DNA from: a virus
Direction: 5' to 3' (one strand)
Length of the DNA: 64,000 nucleotides
IMG/VR virus record: IMGVR_UViG_3300047494_000263
Location: 1 to 64,000 of that record
Shown piece after piece: positions 43,710 to 54,031 of this stretch (within the stretch, counting starts at the first letter, position 1; each line of letters opens with the position of its first letter). The notes below the pieces were generated by a model. The model saw only the letters and a program-made list of their open reading frames with translations, had not been told where the DNA came from and searched no databases. The position numbers and the translations under genes are program-made.

Positions 43710-46700
43710 ATGAATAATCTTGTGAACCCGAGCACGCTGCCCAGCGACGACGCCCCGGGTTTTGAGCGCATCGCGCACACCAACGTCGTTGAACCTGGCC
43801 AGTATTGGAAATGTGTCACCACGCCTGACATACCAAAGGGGGTGAAGCACCATTTCGAGGAAGGTTCAGTCCATCTCCTGACGGATATTCGCTTCTTCGA
43901 TGGCAAGCTCCATGCGGTGGAGTTGCTCGACGATCCGGCCTGCGGCAAGGATCAGAGCGTTATTACTGTGACGATGCTCATGGAATCGTTCGAGTTGGTT
44001 TCAATCGAACAGGCGCAGGCCCGCCGCCAGGAACAGCTTAAGGAGATTCAAACCCGTGTGGACGACATCCAGACCGAAATGAGGGAGGCCGCCATGGACC
44101 CCGCTCGCCTCGCCGGTGTCGTGGAAAAGGGTGTGCGTGAATGGGAAGAATCGGTTGCGCGTGAGGCGGAGGCGCGTGCACCGAAGGGAGAGAAGCCCAA
44201 GCGCCGCAATAAGGACAATCTTCCTGCCGTAACCACTAACGGCCGCTTCGATTTGACCGCGGCGGTAGCCAATAAGATTTCATCGACCGACGTCGCCATC
44301 TTTGCGCACCAGGCTCAAAAGCAGGGGAGGATCGCCGAGATCCGCGCCAATTGGTTGAAGAACAAGATGGAAGACATGGCCCGGGTCATGAAACTCATGA
44401 CGCCGTTCTATGCAGAGCACGCTGCTCTTGGGATCGCTCGCGCTCACGAAGCCATGCATACGGCCAAGGAGATTGAAAAAGGACTGCGATCGCTGCGTCT
44501 TTACACCGGCGAATCCGTGACGGTCGTTCCGATCGCCACGGGTAAGAGCGCGCCATCAACCGAACCGCTGACGATTTTCCAACGTAAGTTGTTCGTGAAC
44601 GAAGAGTTGGCTGTGTTCGCTCGAGTGGGGGCTGACTTTGATATCGAGAACATCGGGGAATTCAAGGACGTCCTGGCACAGAACACAGATCTGCAGCAAC
44701 AGATTCTGCCCGCGCAGCGTGGCGTGGTGGCCCTTGCGATGCGCCGCGATGACGCGAAGTACGACAGCAAGTCATTGGCCGAGATGATCGATGCACACGA
44801 CAAAAACGAACTGAACAAGCGCGTTTTTCTGTTGGTGCGGAATGGCGAGAATTTCAGCCTGGTCTACTCGGGCGAGCCTTCACACGAATTGGCGGAGCGG
44901 CTTTTCCCGACGCGTAATGAAATCGAAGGTGTCTTCGATGGCGTCGACGGCGACACCATCAACTTCAACGATCTCCGATTTTCGAGGCGCGCGTCGGCCT
45001 ACGACGATAAGTCGCTGGCGTACAAGCGCTTCTTGATCCTCTTGGCCGGGCTTGCCCATCGCAAGAAACTCTTCGGCGACTTCTACCCGGCCAGTGAGGA
45101 GATGAATTTCATCTCGAGAGGTTTTCAGCGCAAGTACATGCGCTTTGTCTCAGACGATGATGGTGATGTCATGCTGGGCGACACCGTTGGCGACGTCTTG
45201 AAGCTCATCGAACACAATCAAACCCAGTTGGCGGCCGGCTGCCGCGTGATCGTCTTTTGCGACGAGGCGCTTTATCAGCAAGACGCTGTGCCTGGGGTGT
45301 GGGACAAGGGGTACCGAGGTAGCGATGGACGGCGTTATTACAGAAAGCTTTGCGAGGCGCATTCGCCGGTCGTGATACAGACAGTCAAGCTGAGCAAAGG
45401 TGATCTGGTGGTCGAGATACCGGTGCGCCGTGACACTCAACGTGGTCGACGCTCCCAACGGCTTGTGCGTCCGGACTTCAATGCCCGCCTAGCGCTCAAC
45501 AAGTTGCAGACTGGTGGCGATTGGGGGCTCTGCTACCTGGTGATCGACGATCTCGAAGTCGAATCGCTGCGGCCATTCATCTTCAATCGGCGCTCGCGAG
45601 CGCATCAGATCAGCTACATCCACGGTTTCAAGCAGGCGTTGGCCGCGCTCGGTCCTGAGGAGGCAGCGAACAAGCCAACTCGAGCAATGATTCAAGAGAG
45701 GTTGGTCACACATTACAACCTGAACGCAGAGCAGGCTCGTATTGCCGCAACCTCTGCCATTCAGACATGGCGCCTCAAGAATCCCGAAGACGGGATGCTT
45801 CCTGAGTTGGGAAGCCCTTTGTTTCCATCGCTGGATTTGGAGCTTGCTGAGGCTGCACATGCATTTTCGAACGCCCTGCATAAGGTGCTGGCCAGTGTCG
45901 AAGCGGTCGGCGGCGTCCCTTACCGTGTTTCGCGCGGCAAGCGCGGAGCCTTGATTGCCTACTACGAGCCGCCGCTCGCTGAGCGAGATTTGAGGTTCGT
46001 GGACTGGAGAATGTCCGGCCGCCGGATATTCAACTCCTCTGGTGTGCCATCCAAGACCGCAGCTGAAAGTGTCTGGGTCGAGCGTGGCTCTGCCATGGGG
46101 GAGACCACGATATGGAGCCAGCCCAGCACATTCGAGCAGGCTCAAGGGTCCGCGCGCGAAATGCATAGGCGCGGGGCATTCGTGAACGGCGGCTATTACG
46201 AGGAGGCCATGGCGCCAGGGGAGTCCCCTATCGCCGGTGTGCAGACGCGGCTGGATCTGGTGTCGGAGCTGGCCGAATATCTTTCGGACGCCTTCAAGGG
46301 AGAGCGCCAGGGGGTGAGCGATCGCATGTGGACGCTGACGGCCGACTTCCTGGGGCGGCACCACAGAGGCAACTCGGCGGTCGGGCGGCTGAAACGGACC
46401 TATCTGCTACCTTTGGCGGCGGATACCGATGGTGTCAGCGTGATTGGCATCCACGTGTGCCTAGCGGACTTGTTTTACTACTACGCATCGGACGCTCAGC
46501 GCGCGGTGTTGCTCGCGGCGCTGCGGGCTGACGCATCCAAAAGCGAAGATGAAGACGATCTGATGGAGGAGCTGGGGAAGCATCTGGAACTGAGGCCCGC
46601 GCTGAACTCAGTGCGCAACCCGATCTGGGTTGGTCCCTTGCAACTGGATCCGTCCTGCTTCGGCTACGGCTCGAATCTACCAACGCTTAAGTCGGGTGAG

Positions 46701-46877
46701 AACCGGCTCAATCGCAGTTTTGAGCAGTTCTTTGCATCGGTGAATCCACGTCAGGACGGCCCGTTCATTCGAGATACCTTCACCGAGCCGCGGACGTTCT
46801 GGATACCGGGCACGCTACGTGACAAGGATGGCAATATCTCGATTTCGAGGCTCTTTCCCGGGCTGCCAACAGCGTAG
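43710..46877 (+). CDS. large hypothetical protein (~1055 aa) with N-terminal coiled coil
   Basis: Very long ORF; likely start MNNLVNP at 43710 avoids overlap with the divergent ERCC4 gene. Confidence 0.8.
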   Translation: MNNLVNPSTLPSDDAPGFERIAHTNVVEPGQYWKCVTTPDIPKGVKHHFEEGSVHLLTDIRFFDGKLHAVELLDDPACGKDQSVITVTMLMESFELVSIEQAQARRQEQLKEIQTRVDDIQTEMREAAMDPARLAGVVEKGVREWEESVAREAEARAPKGEKPKRRNKDNLPAVTTNGRFDLTAAVANKISSTDVAIFAHQAQKQGRIAEIRANWLKNKMEDMARVMKLMTPFYAEHAALGIARAHEAMHTAKEIEKGLRSLRLYTGESVTVVPIATGKSAPSTEPLTIFQRKLFVNEELAVFARVGADFDIENIGEFKDVLAQNTDLQQQILPAQRGVVALAMRRDDAKYDSKSLAEMIDAHDKNELNKRVFLLVRNGENFSLVYSGEPSHELAERLFPTRNEIEGVFDGVDGDTINFNDLRFSRRASAYDDKSLAYKRFLILLAGLAHRKKLFGDFYPASEEMNFISRGFQRKYMRFVSDDDGDVMLGDTVGDVLKLIEHNQTQLAAGCRVIVFCDEALYQQDAVPGVWDKGYRGSDGRRYYRKLCEAHSPVVIQTVKLSKGDLVVEIPVRRDTQRGRRSQRLVRPDFNARLALNKLQTGGDWGLCYLVIDDLEVESLRPFIFNRRSRAHQISYIHGFKQALAALGPEEAANKPTRAMIQERLVTHYNLNAEQARIAATSAIQTWRLKNPEDGMLPELGSPLFPSLDLELAEAAHAFSNALHKVLASVEAVGGVPYRVSRGKRGALIAYYEPPLAERDLRFVDWRMSGRRIFNSSGVPSKTAAESVWVERGSAMGETTIWSQPSTFEQAQGSAREMHRRGAFVNGGYYEEAMAPGESPIAGVQTRLDLVSELAEYLSDAFKGERQGVSDRMWTLTADFLGRHHRGNSAVGRLKRTYLLPLAADTDGVSVIGIHVCLADLFYYYASDAQRAVLLAALRADASKSEDEDDLMEELGKHLELRPALNSVRNPIWVGPLQLDPSCFGYGSNLPTLKSGENRLNRSFEQFFASVNPRQDGPFIRDTFTEPRTFWIPGTLRDKDGNISISRLFPGLPTA

Positions 46878-46969
46878 GGCGCTAATGGCTGTCTCTGGAC
46901 TGTGCTCGTAGCTGGAAGAGATAGCCTGTGTTGCATATGCTTTTCTGATCGAGTGTAACGAGAGGTCGC

Positions 46970-47197
46970 ATGAAGCGCAAATTCACAGGCTGGTTCATTT
47001 CGGGAGACAAGAATCCCCGTAAGGTAGGCGTCTACCAACAGCGGCGCTACAAGAGCGTCGGGCCTACCATGTACGCCTTCTGGAGTGGCTCAGGCTGGGG
47101 GTGCATGTGCTACACGCCAGGCCATGCGTACAAGTGGCGTAATACTCGCGCTCGGTATCCATCTGGCATTTTTTGGCGCGGGCTGCTGGCTACTTGA
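46970..47197 (+). CDS. small Trp-rich phage-like protein
   Basis: GAGG RBS; TGWF...P..VGVYQ...W.G..W...WRGL. Confidence 0.6.
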   Translation: MKRKFTGWFISGDKNPRKVGVYQQRRYKSVGPTMYAFWSGSGWGCMCYTPGHAYKWRNTRARYPSGIFWRGLLAT

Positions 47198-47241
47198 GTC
47201 TGCCGTATCTGTTGGGCGTGATCGATGAAAGGAGAACAAAA

Positions 47242-49413
47242 ATGCGATGGGGACAGCGGCGCAAGACTGAGGCTCACGAGAAATCAATGGGCAGCTATGA
47301 AATGCATGCGTGGAGGGATGCCTGCGCGATTGCTTATCAGGCTGTTGAAACATTTGGGGCCGAAGTGGTTCGCAAGACCTATCTGGAAATCGAGAAGGAA
47401 CCGCTACAAGAATTTGAAGATTCCAACACCGACCTGATCGCTGACTTCATCAAGCGTAGTGAAAGCCAGAGAGCGTCCGTGGTCAAGAAACTTCCTGATG
47501 ACCGCACAAGAATCGGATTTCTTGTGCTGGCTGTCCTGGGATGTTTGCGAGGGCGTGAAATTCTCGATCTGCGCGACCAGTATCGCTATGCCTTCGCGCC
47601 CGGCAGCGGCAACCGGATTACCCTGGCCCAGATTTATGCCTTCTCGCAGGCTGTCAAGAAGCTCTACGACTATGCGTGGCCTGCGGAGGTCTTCCGCGCA
47701 ATTGGAGAAAGCGGCGAGGACGACGACGGTCCTGACGATGAGGAAGAAGATTTTGACGATGACGCGGCAGACGTCGCGCCAGACCCGCAGGAGCGCGCCG
47801 CACCAGCACCCGCACCAGCACCGCGCAAGGAAAATCAGATCGCCGTCTTCATCGGCGATTCCCCATCCTACATGGTCCTGGAAGATGGGAGGATTGCGCC
47901 AAAGCGGGAGGGCGCAAGAGGTACGCCGTTATGGCGCATGGTGGCGATAAACATCCAAACAAACGGGATGTCGGTTCTGCTTGGTCCTCAACCGACCGAT
48001 GCACATCTCATTCTTCAGCTCGCTTCCCTCATCAAACGTGAATCCACCTCGGGGGCGCAGGCAGTCCTCATTTTCACCAAGCCTGAGGCGGCGCTGGCTG
48101 AGCGTCTGGACCGGCATATTGGCGATCCAGTTCCGGTTACTGCGATCGCAAATGCTGGGTTAGCCAGGAGATCGTTCGCACGATGCTTCGAGGCAGTTCT
48201 CGAGGCGTTGCGTCTCGAACTGGATCTGATCGGCGAGCCAATGCCAACGCTGAAAGAGCTGGCCGTCACGGATGGGGGCGCCAACTCACCCGCATGGCCG
48301 ATGTTGACCGGATGGAGCGCAGCTGACCCCTCTGAGAGAAGGGACCAACCTCATCTCCGGATCGAGATGGAGGTGACAGTCAAGCGTTTGTGTCTTTTGC
48401 GCGGCCGCTGGAAGGGGCCGTTAGACACGATCTATCCCGGCATGAACGGATTGACCCGAGAACGCCTGCCCGAGAACTATCTCGCAAAAGAGATCAAGAA
48501 ACTGGATCGGTATGAGGATAATGGGCAGCTGACTGCCCTCGGCCATTTGATTCTTGGCACAGCCCGGTTGCTGCGCAAGTGGCATGAGCACGAATCACAT
48601 GATGACGCGGCTGAAGTCGAAGCAAGCCTAGGGGAACTAATCATGACGGCTGAGGGCTCCCGTGACCAGCGAGCGGGGGCGGCAGGCGTTTCGTTTCGGC
48701 TGCGCGATGTGTGCCCATACGGATCGATCGATAGCGACTTCATTGAGCGCAGTGTTTTGAGATCGCTGGCCTCAAGTGTCTCTGACAAAGTTTTCTTCGC
48801 ACACGGCAGCGGGAGGCGTGTTCAAGCCTACTGGGCGAATGCCGAGGTTGGCGCGGTCGCAAGAGGGGGCGTAGCTGGCGATGTCTCGGGCAGTTTGTTG
48901 GGGCTTCCACAGTACAAACGTATTGCCAAGTTGATCGTCCCTATCTTTGCGAAACGCGGCATAGAGCTGAAACTTTGCTTTGGTCTTCAGAGAGAGGACT
49001 GGTTTGCGGACCGGGGTTACATTTTCAACTGGGCGTCCCGATATGGACGCTGGGACACAGCTGCCTCAAGACTGATTGACGAGGTTCGCAATGAGCGGGA
49101 CTTCCCAAAAAAGAACTGGGTTCAGCCTCAGTTGGCAGCTGGCGGAGCCCGTTTTATGCTGATTGCCACCGCGAGTTCTGATGCGATCCTGAAAGGGGTG
49201 CCGGCCGCATGGAGCGAGGCGGCGCCTGTGCTCAATGAGGGAATTAGCGTCGCCTTGAAGGAAGCCCAGATCAATATCGCTTTCGCCGCATCTAAAGAGC
49301 TTGAAGACTATGTCGCTCCATATGCCAAGGGCAGTCATAGACTCAGTTTGATGCTCGGCCACTCGTGGAACATGACAGAGAGTCACGAAAACTATCCAGT
49401 AACAAAGCAGTAG
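47242..49413 (+). CDS. large hypothetical protein with acidic/Pro-Ala linker
   Basis: AAGGAG RBS before ATG 47242; 723-aa ORF. Confidence 0.75.
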   Translation: MRWGQRRKTEAHEKSMGSYEMHAWRDACAIAYQAVETFGAEVVRKTYLEIEKEPLQEFEDSNTDLIADFIKRSESQRASVVKKLPDDRTRIGFLVLAVLGCLRGREILDLRDQYRYAFAPGSGNRITLAQIYAFSQAVKKLYDYAWPAEVFRAIGESGEDDDGPDDEEEDFDDDAADVAPDPQERAAPAPAPAPRKENQIAVFIGDSPSYMVLEDGRIAPKREGARGTPLWRMVAINIQTNGMSVLLGPQPTDAHLILQLASLIKRESTSGAQAVLIFTKPEAALAERLDRHIGDPVPVTAIANAGLARRSFARCFEAVLEALRLELDLIGEPMPTLKELAVTDGGANSPAWPMLTGWSAADPSERRDQPHLRIEMEVTVKRLCLLRGRWKGPLDTIYPGMNGLTRERLPENYLAKEIKKLDRYEDNGQLTALGHLILGTARLLRKWHEHESHDDAAEVEASLGELIMTAEGSRDQRAGAAGVSFRLRDVCPYGSIDSDFIERSVLRSLASSVSDKVFFAHGSGRRVQAYWANAEVGAVARGGVAGDVSGSLLGLPQYKRIAKLIVPIFAKRGIELKLCFGLQREDWFADRGYIFNWASRYGRWDTAASRLIDEVRNERDFPKKNWVQPQLAAGGARFMLIATASSDAILKGVPAAWSEAAPVLNEGISVALKEAQINIAFAASKELEDYVAPYAKGSHRLSLMLGHSWNMTESHENYPVTKQ

Positions 49414-49452
49414 CGTTGCTTAGCAGAACCAACCGATGCCGGAGCCACATCA

Positions 49453-49764
49453 ATGAGTTGCAATCGAGAAAACGTCATCTGGAAAGACCGGACCGGAAAG
49501 TGGTCCATTGGCTTTTTTGACTTCCACCAGAACGGAGATGATCCTGAATGGGATGTGGAATACGACCATTCCAGCTTTAACTTCGCATCGGTCGGCCACG
49601 ATTCCGCGGAGTCGGCTTACGCGGCGTGGCGCGGCACCAATCCAGGCGGTTCTGTCATCTGCACCGAACCCACGGCCGAGACGGATAGATACGACGAAAT
49701 GGCCGCGAAGTATATCGCCGCCGAGCGCGCCTTACGCGCTTCGTCACGCCGGATGGGAATGTAG
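49453..49764 (+). CDS. hypothetical protein
   Basis: GGAG RBS; MSCNRENVIW...EWDVEYD...NPGG. Confidence 0.7.
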   Translation: MSCNRENVIWKDRTGKWSIGFFDFHQNGDDPEWDVEYDHSSFNFASVGHDSAESAYAAWRGTNPGGSVICTEPTAETDRYDEMAAKYIAAERALRASSRRMGM

Positions 49765-49846
49765 TTCTGAGCGCGGCGCGCCATCGAATCTCGGGTGGAC
49801 GAAACTTCGTGGCTGGATATCCTTTCTTCAACGAAAAGGAAATCAC

Positions 49847-50044
49847 ATGCCACTCTTTGAATGCGAAGTAAAAATCCGGGTCGAAGCTGACGATAGTGAC
49901 TCAGCTCGTAGCGAGGTCCTAGACGAAATTCTCGGCGGCTTAGTCGAGACCGGCATCATCAGAGGCGGCTCCCTGTTGCCTGGCTGTAAAGAGCTTGATG
50001 ACGATTTTGAAGACGACGACGATGATTCCGAGGATATCGGGTGA
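49847..50044 (+). CDS. small acidic protein
   Basis: AAGGA RBS; GTGA overlap with next gene. Confidence 0.6.
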   Translation: MPLFECEVKIRVEADDSDSARSEVLDEILGGLVETGIIRGGSLLPGCKELDDDFEDDDDDSEDIG

Positions 50045-51033
50045 GCGCCTCCCCACTAGCTGGCCTATATCTGACGAACATCTCCTGCCTCCCTGCTGAC
50101 CAGAAGAATGCGTATGTGGGGGACGGCGTGACGATGCGTGTCGGCATCCCGCACAAGAGTGGCAAGCTGGCAGCACACGCATTCAATGAGGGCTACCCAG
50201 CAATGGTGAGCGCCAATGCGTTCTGGAACGCGCGTGCAGGCGAGTTTCGATTTCCACAATACACAGACTTGATGGATATCGACTGGGCGCTCGACAGTGC
50301 CGGTTACACCGCAATCAAGATGTGGCAGGAGAAGGGCACCCAGGTCGGCATGGCCGGCGTCTTCCCGTGGACCTATCAGCAATACATCGAGTTGGCATCA
50401 GAGGCGCGGGCATCATGGTATTCAGCGCCGGACCTATGCTGCGAGCCCGAAATCGCGTCGAATCAGACCGCGATCGATTACCGGCTTGATGCCACCGCAA
50501 CCCTTTTGTACGGCTGCCTCGAGGTGATCTACGACTGGCAGTCGCAGCTGGCCATAGAGTGCTCGCCATCGATCGTTGCTGACGTCATCCGTCCGCCGGT
50601 CCCCGTCATTCAGGGTTATAGCATCTCAGACTACCTGCGTAGTCTCGATCAGACCATGGAGGTCTGGAACTGCTGGGCTGATTGGCTTGCGCCTCCCGCA
50701 TTGATCGGGCTGGGGTCGGTGTGCCGCCGGGATCTTAATCATCCGAAGCACGGCTTGTACGCCATCCTGGAGGGTCTGGACGGCAATATCCCGGCCGGCA
50801 CAAAGGTTCATCTGTTTGGCGTGAAGGGCGAGTGCCTAAGCCGCATCAAGATGTACGACTGGGTGGTCGGAGCAGATTCGATGGCCTTCGATTACGGTGC
50901 ACGCATGAAGGCGGTCAAGGCTGGTCATTCGAACACCATGGAGCACCGCTCGATCGAGATGACGCATTGGATGGAAAAAGCGAAGGCACGCCTCGCCCCG
51001 AGTGCCGGTGATCAATTCAGATTGAAGCTCTAG
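50041..51033 (+). CDS. DpdA-like / tRNA-guanine transglycosylase-fold protein (putative DNA base exchange)
   Basis: WALDSAGY, PDLCCEPEI, PVIQG, IGLGSVCRR, VHLFGVK, ADSMAF. Confidence 0.75.
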   Translation: MSASPLAGLYLTNISCLPADQKNAYVGDGVTMRVGIPHKSGKLAAHAFNEGYPAMVSANAFWNARAGEFRFPQYTDLMDIDWALDSAGYTAIKMWQEKGTQVGMAGVFPWTYQQYIELASEARASWYSAPDLCCEPEIASNQTAIDYRLDATATLLYGCLEVIYDWQSQLAIECSPSIVADVIRPPVPVIQGYSISDYLRSLDQTMEVWNCWADWLAPPALIGLGSVCRRDLNHPKHGLYAILEGLDGNIPAGTKVHLFGVKGECLSRIKMYDWVVGADSMAFDYGARMKAVKAGHSNTMEHRSIEMTHWMEKAKARLAPSAGDQFRLKL

Positions 51034-51051
51034 CTTCTCAAAGGACGTGCC

Positions 51052-51375
51052 ATGATTATAGTGAAGGACACACACCAGGTTGAACCAAGGGTTCCAGGTA
51101 CGAAGGGTTTCGCCTGGCTCAAGATCATCGCGGGCTGGCCGGGGACAAAGTTCAATTTCCAGGAAACCAGGCTCGAGGTCGAGCCGTGGCATTCCGGCGT
51201 CAGCGTGGACGTCACGATCACGAGCCACTACCCTGAAACGAATGCCAGATCCGCACACGGGAGTCTGAGCATGGAGCCCGAGCAAGCTCGCATCCTGGCG
51301 CGCCAGCTTATCGACCTTGCAGATCGCTTCGACGCAAAACCAGGTTCTACTACCGCTGCTGTTGCAAGCGTCTGA
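51052..51375 (+). CDS. hypothetical protein
   Basis: AAGGA RBS; C-terminal QARILARQLIDLAD. Confidence 0.6.
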   Translation: MIIVKDTHQVEPRVPGTKGFAWLKIIAGWPGTKFNFQETRLEVEPWHSGVSVDVTITSHYPETNARSAHGSLSMEPEQARILARQLIDLADRFDAKPGSTTAAVASV

Positions 51376-52984
51376 GAGAGCGGTTCAACTCGGAGACTTG
51401 ATCAGAGACGGCCCGCAGTAGCAGAACTGTCTTGTGGCGCGTCAGCCCGGCATCGTCCGTCGCCTTGGGCACTCGCAGCAAGCCTTGCATCATCTCAAAA
51501 GCGGATACGGCGCCGGGCGCTGAGTTCGACGTTTTTACGCCAGAATTCCAAATAAGACTCAGAAACCTCCACCACGCGCTCAAGGCATCGTCGACCGCGC
51601 GTTTGTGGGATGCGTAGCCTCCCCTGGCGAGCACAACCTGTACGGTGCTATCGATGCACAAAAGGGTTTGGCCCGTTGCTTTCACGGCATCTGCCAGGGT
51701 TGCCTCTGGATCCATGCAGCCAGACGAGAGCACTCCAATTAGTTTCGCCTTAAGTGCGTCGAGGTTGAGTGCCGTAACTTCTGGAGGCGGACTTGATTCG
51801 GAAAATCTGTCCGCATCTGGCTTGGTCGTCGTCTCAGGCTCCGCTGGCTTCTTGGGAGCGTCCTCCTTTTTTTGCGCCGTCTCCTTGCGCGCAACAGGCT
51901 CCGGCTTCTCGACGGGCTTTTCCGGTGGTTTTGGCCGGGGACGCTTTTCGATGATGGCCCTTACCAGCTCGAGATCGTCTGCGGCAAGATTCGGGAACTT
52001 GTCGGGCGCCTTCACACTAACCGACAAGTGGAGATCGCCGCGTCGACCTTTTAGGTCTTTTGGTAACCCCAAGCCGCTAAAGCAAATATCCCCACCTTGG
52101 GCTGTTCGCGGCTGTACGACGACCTCCAGGGTTTGTCGAAGATGTTTGTGGTGCAGGACGCAACCGAACCACGCCTGAAAGTAGTCAATTTCGATCGCAG
52201 ACCAGATGTCGAATCCACTCTCAAACATTGGCTCGTTGACGACAATGTGGACCTTGACCTTCAAATCACCCGTTTTCCCGCCGCGTAGTCCGTCTGCGCC
52301 GCCGCCTGGAACTGTGATCTCGATGCCATCGGGCGTTAATTTCGGAATACGAAAATCGACCACTCTTTGGCGCTCTGTGCGGCCTGAGTCCTTGCATGTA
52401 CGGCATCCGGAGTAGGTTCGTTGACCGTCGCCTAGACAGCTGGAGCATGTGAATTCCTTACGGCCGTAGCGACCGCCGTAACGAAAGCCACGCCCGCTGC
52501 ACGATGTGCAGGTCTTGGTGTAAGTCCCCTCGCAAGAGCCGGAACACGTTCTACAAGTTTGCTCGACTTTGACTTTGACGGTCTTCTCTGCGCCGAAGAT
52601 GCAGTCCTCCAGCGAGATGTCGAGGTCTATCCGCGCATGTGCGCCATTGACTGGCGGATTGTAGTACTGCCTTGACGTATCATCGCCCCGCCAATGCCCA
52701 TCGAAGCCCGGATTGAAGCCCGGTGAATAGTGAGTCGAGGAATCGTCCGAGGAGTCTTCGTCCTCATCGTCATCGTCATCCTGGTCGGGCGAATACGAGC
52801 CGTCTCGCAATTTTTCGTATGCCATTTGATTGGCAACGAACTTCATGTGACTCCCGCGAGGATCGTTCGGATGCTTGTCGGGATGCCACTGCTGCGCGCG
52901 ACGCCGGTAGGCGGCTTTGATCTCGTCGGCGGTCGATCCTGGTTGAATACCGAGGACTTCGTATGGATCGCTAGCGCTGGACAT
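51350..52984 (-). CDS. DnaJ-family co-chaperone with acidic linker and extra C-terminal domain
   Basis: J-domain DPYEVLG...HPDK; four CxxC zinc repeats; DnaJ_C motifs GDLKV and GDLHL. Confidence 0.88.
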   Translation of the reverse strand: MSSASDPYEVLGIQPGSTADEIKAAYRRRAQQWHPDKHPNDPRGSHMKFVANQMAYEKLRDGSYSPDQDDDDDEDEDSSDDSSTHYSPGFNPGFDGHWRGDDTSRQYYNPPVNGAHARIDLDISLEDCIFGAEKTVKVKVEQTCRTCSGSCEGTYTKTCTSCSGRGFRYGGRYGRKEFTCSSCLGDGQRTYSGCRTCKDSGRTERQRVVDFRIPKLTPDGIEITVPGGGADGLRGGKTGDLKVKVHIVVNEPMFESGFDIWSAIEIDYFQAWFGCVLHHKHLRQTLEVVVQPRTAQGGDICFSGLGLPKDLKGRRGDLHLSVSVKAPDKFPNLAADDLELVRAIIEKRPRPKPPEKPVEKPEPVARKETAQKKEDAPKKPAEPETTTKPDADRFSESSPPPEVTALNLDALKAKLIGVLSSGCMDPEATLADAVKATGQTLLCIDSTVQVVLARGGYASHKRAVDDALSAWWRFLSLIWNSGVKTSNSAPGAVSAFEMMQGLLRVPKATDDAGLTRHKTVLLLRAVSDQVSELNRSLRRLQQQR

Positions 52985-53082
52985 CTAGAAACCATACAGG
53001 AAAAAACGAAAATTGATAAGAAATACGCGATGGTTTTTAAGCGATTAAATCGCCCTGTCGGGTTAGTCACACTTTTACTTAA

Positions 53083-53229
53083 AATCTCCGACCGACTTTA
53101 CGACAGATGATTCGATCATTCGGTCCAAGGTTCGACTCCAATCCCTGGGGCAAGTCCTTGTTTTTCTTGATCAGCGGCATCGCGCCTGGCAATGTGAGGG
53201 GCGCTGGTTCGAATCCTCGACCGACTTTA
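53083..53229 (+). repeat. 18-bp direct repeat pair in a divergent intergenic region
   Basis: AATCTCCGACCGACTTTA (53083-53100) and AATCCTCGACCGACTTTA (53212-53229). Confidence 0.6.
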
Positions 53230-53437
53230 TTCACAAGCTTTCACACGAAGAGCCCGCGGACGAGTAGGCGCTGGCGACATCTCCATTTGTCTGGTGGCGC
53301 CCCAGACTTCACCCCGGCGATGTCGGCTGGCGCATTGGATTACTCAGTAACTGCTGATCAAAAATACTTCGCGACCAGCGCGAAAATAAGCGCGATCTCA
53401 CAATAATACGGATGCAACCAACTCAAAGGAGACCATC

Positions 53438-53929
53438 ATGGGAAGACCCTCAAAACGATTATCCGCATCTGAACTAGCATCACTTTCCGAAGATCAGCGC
53501 CTCGTCGCGCGCGCCGTCGACCACGCTGTCGCTGAGGGCGAAAGTGTCAAATCGATTGCCCTCACCGCGGGCCTGAATGGAAACGTGCTCTCAATGTTCC
53601 GGGGCGACACCAAGGTGCCGCTCGAGCGCGTCCCCGGGCTGGTGGCAGCACTGAAGACGCTCGACGAGCCCGAGCTGACACTGGCCTCGCTTGGAAGCCA
53701 CTTCCGGGATCAGCCCAATGCTCAGGAAGCTATTGTGCGGACCATTATGTGGTTCGCACAGCAACCACCGGCGCAAACTCAGATTCTAGAAGTGGTTAAT
53801 CGGGTGCTGGCTGAGGCGGCAGCGAGCGGGTTGACCATCCCTGAGCCAATTCCCGTCGCAACGCTCATGGCGATCGAGGTGGCTCTGCGTGCGGCGATTC
53901 AAGAGGAGACAGCCGCCCGCATGGTGTAG
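53438..53929 (+). CDS. XRE/Cro-like HTH transcriptional regulator
   Basis: SVKSIALTAGLNGNVLSMFRGDTKVPLERVPGLVAAL; AAGGAG RBS. Confidence 0.7.
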   Translation: MGRPSKRLSASELASLSEDQRLVARAVDHAVAEGESVKSIALTAGLNGNVLSMFRGDTKVPLERVPGLVAALKTLDEPELTLASLGSHFRDQPNAQEAIVRTIMWFAQQPPAQTQILEVVNRVLAEAAASGLTIPEPIPVATLMAIEVALRAAIQEETAARMV

Positions 53930-54031
53930 AAACGCGCCCTGTAGTTCAGAACCGCAGCCGCTTCTTGCTGGTGGGTGGGAGCGGTTATCCCCAAAAAACG
54001 GTATGCCACGACCTGTACACACAGATCGTTT

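Noticed and set aside
53107-53406. tRNA gene or 99-aa CDS in the dnaJ-XRE intergenic region
   Set aside because: The T-loop-like words lack a 5-bp T-stem, acceptor stem and CCA; the ORF has no RBS or protein-like features.
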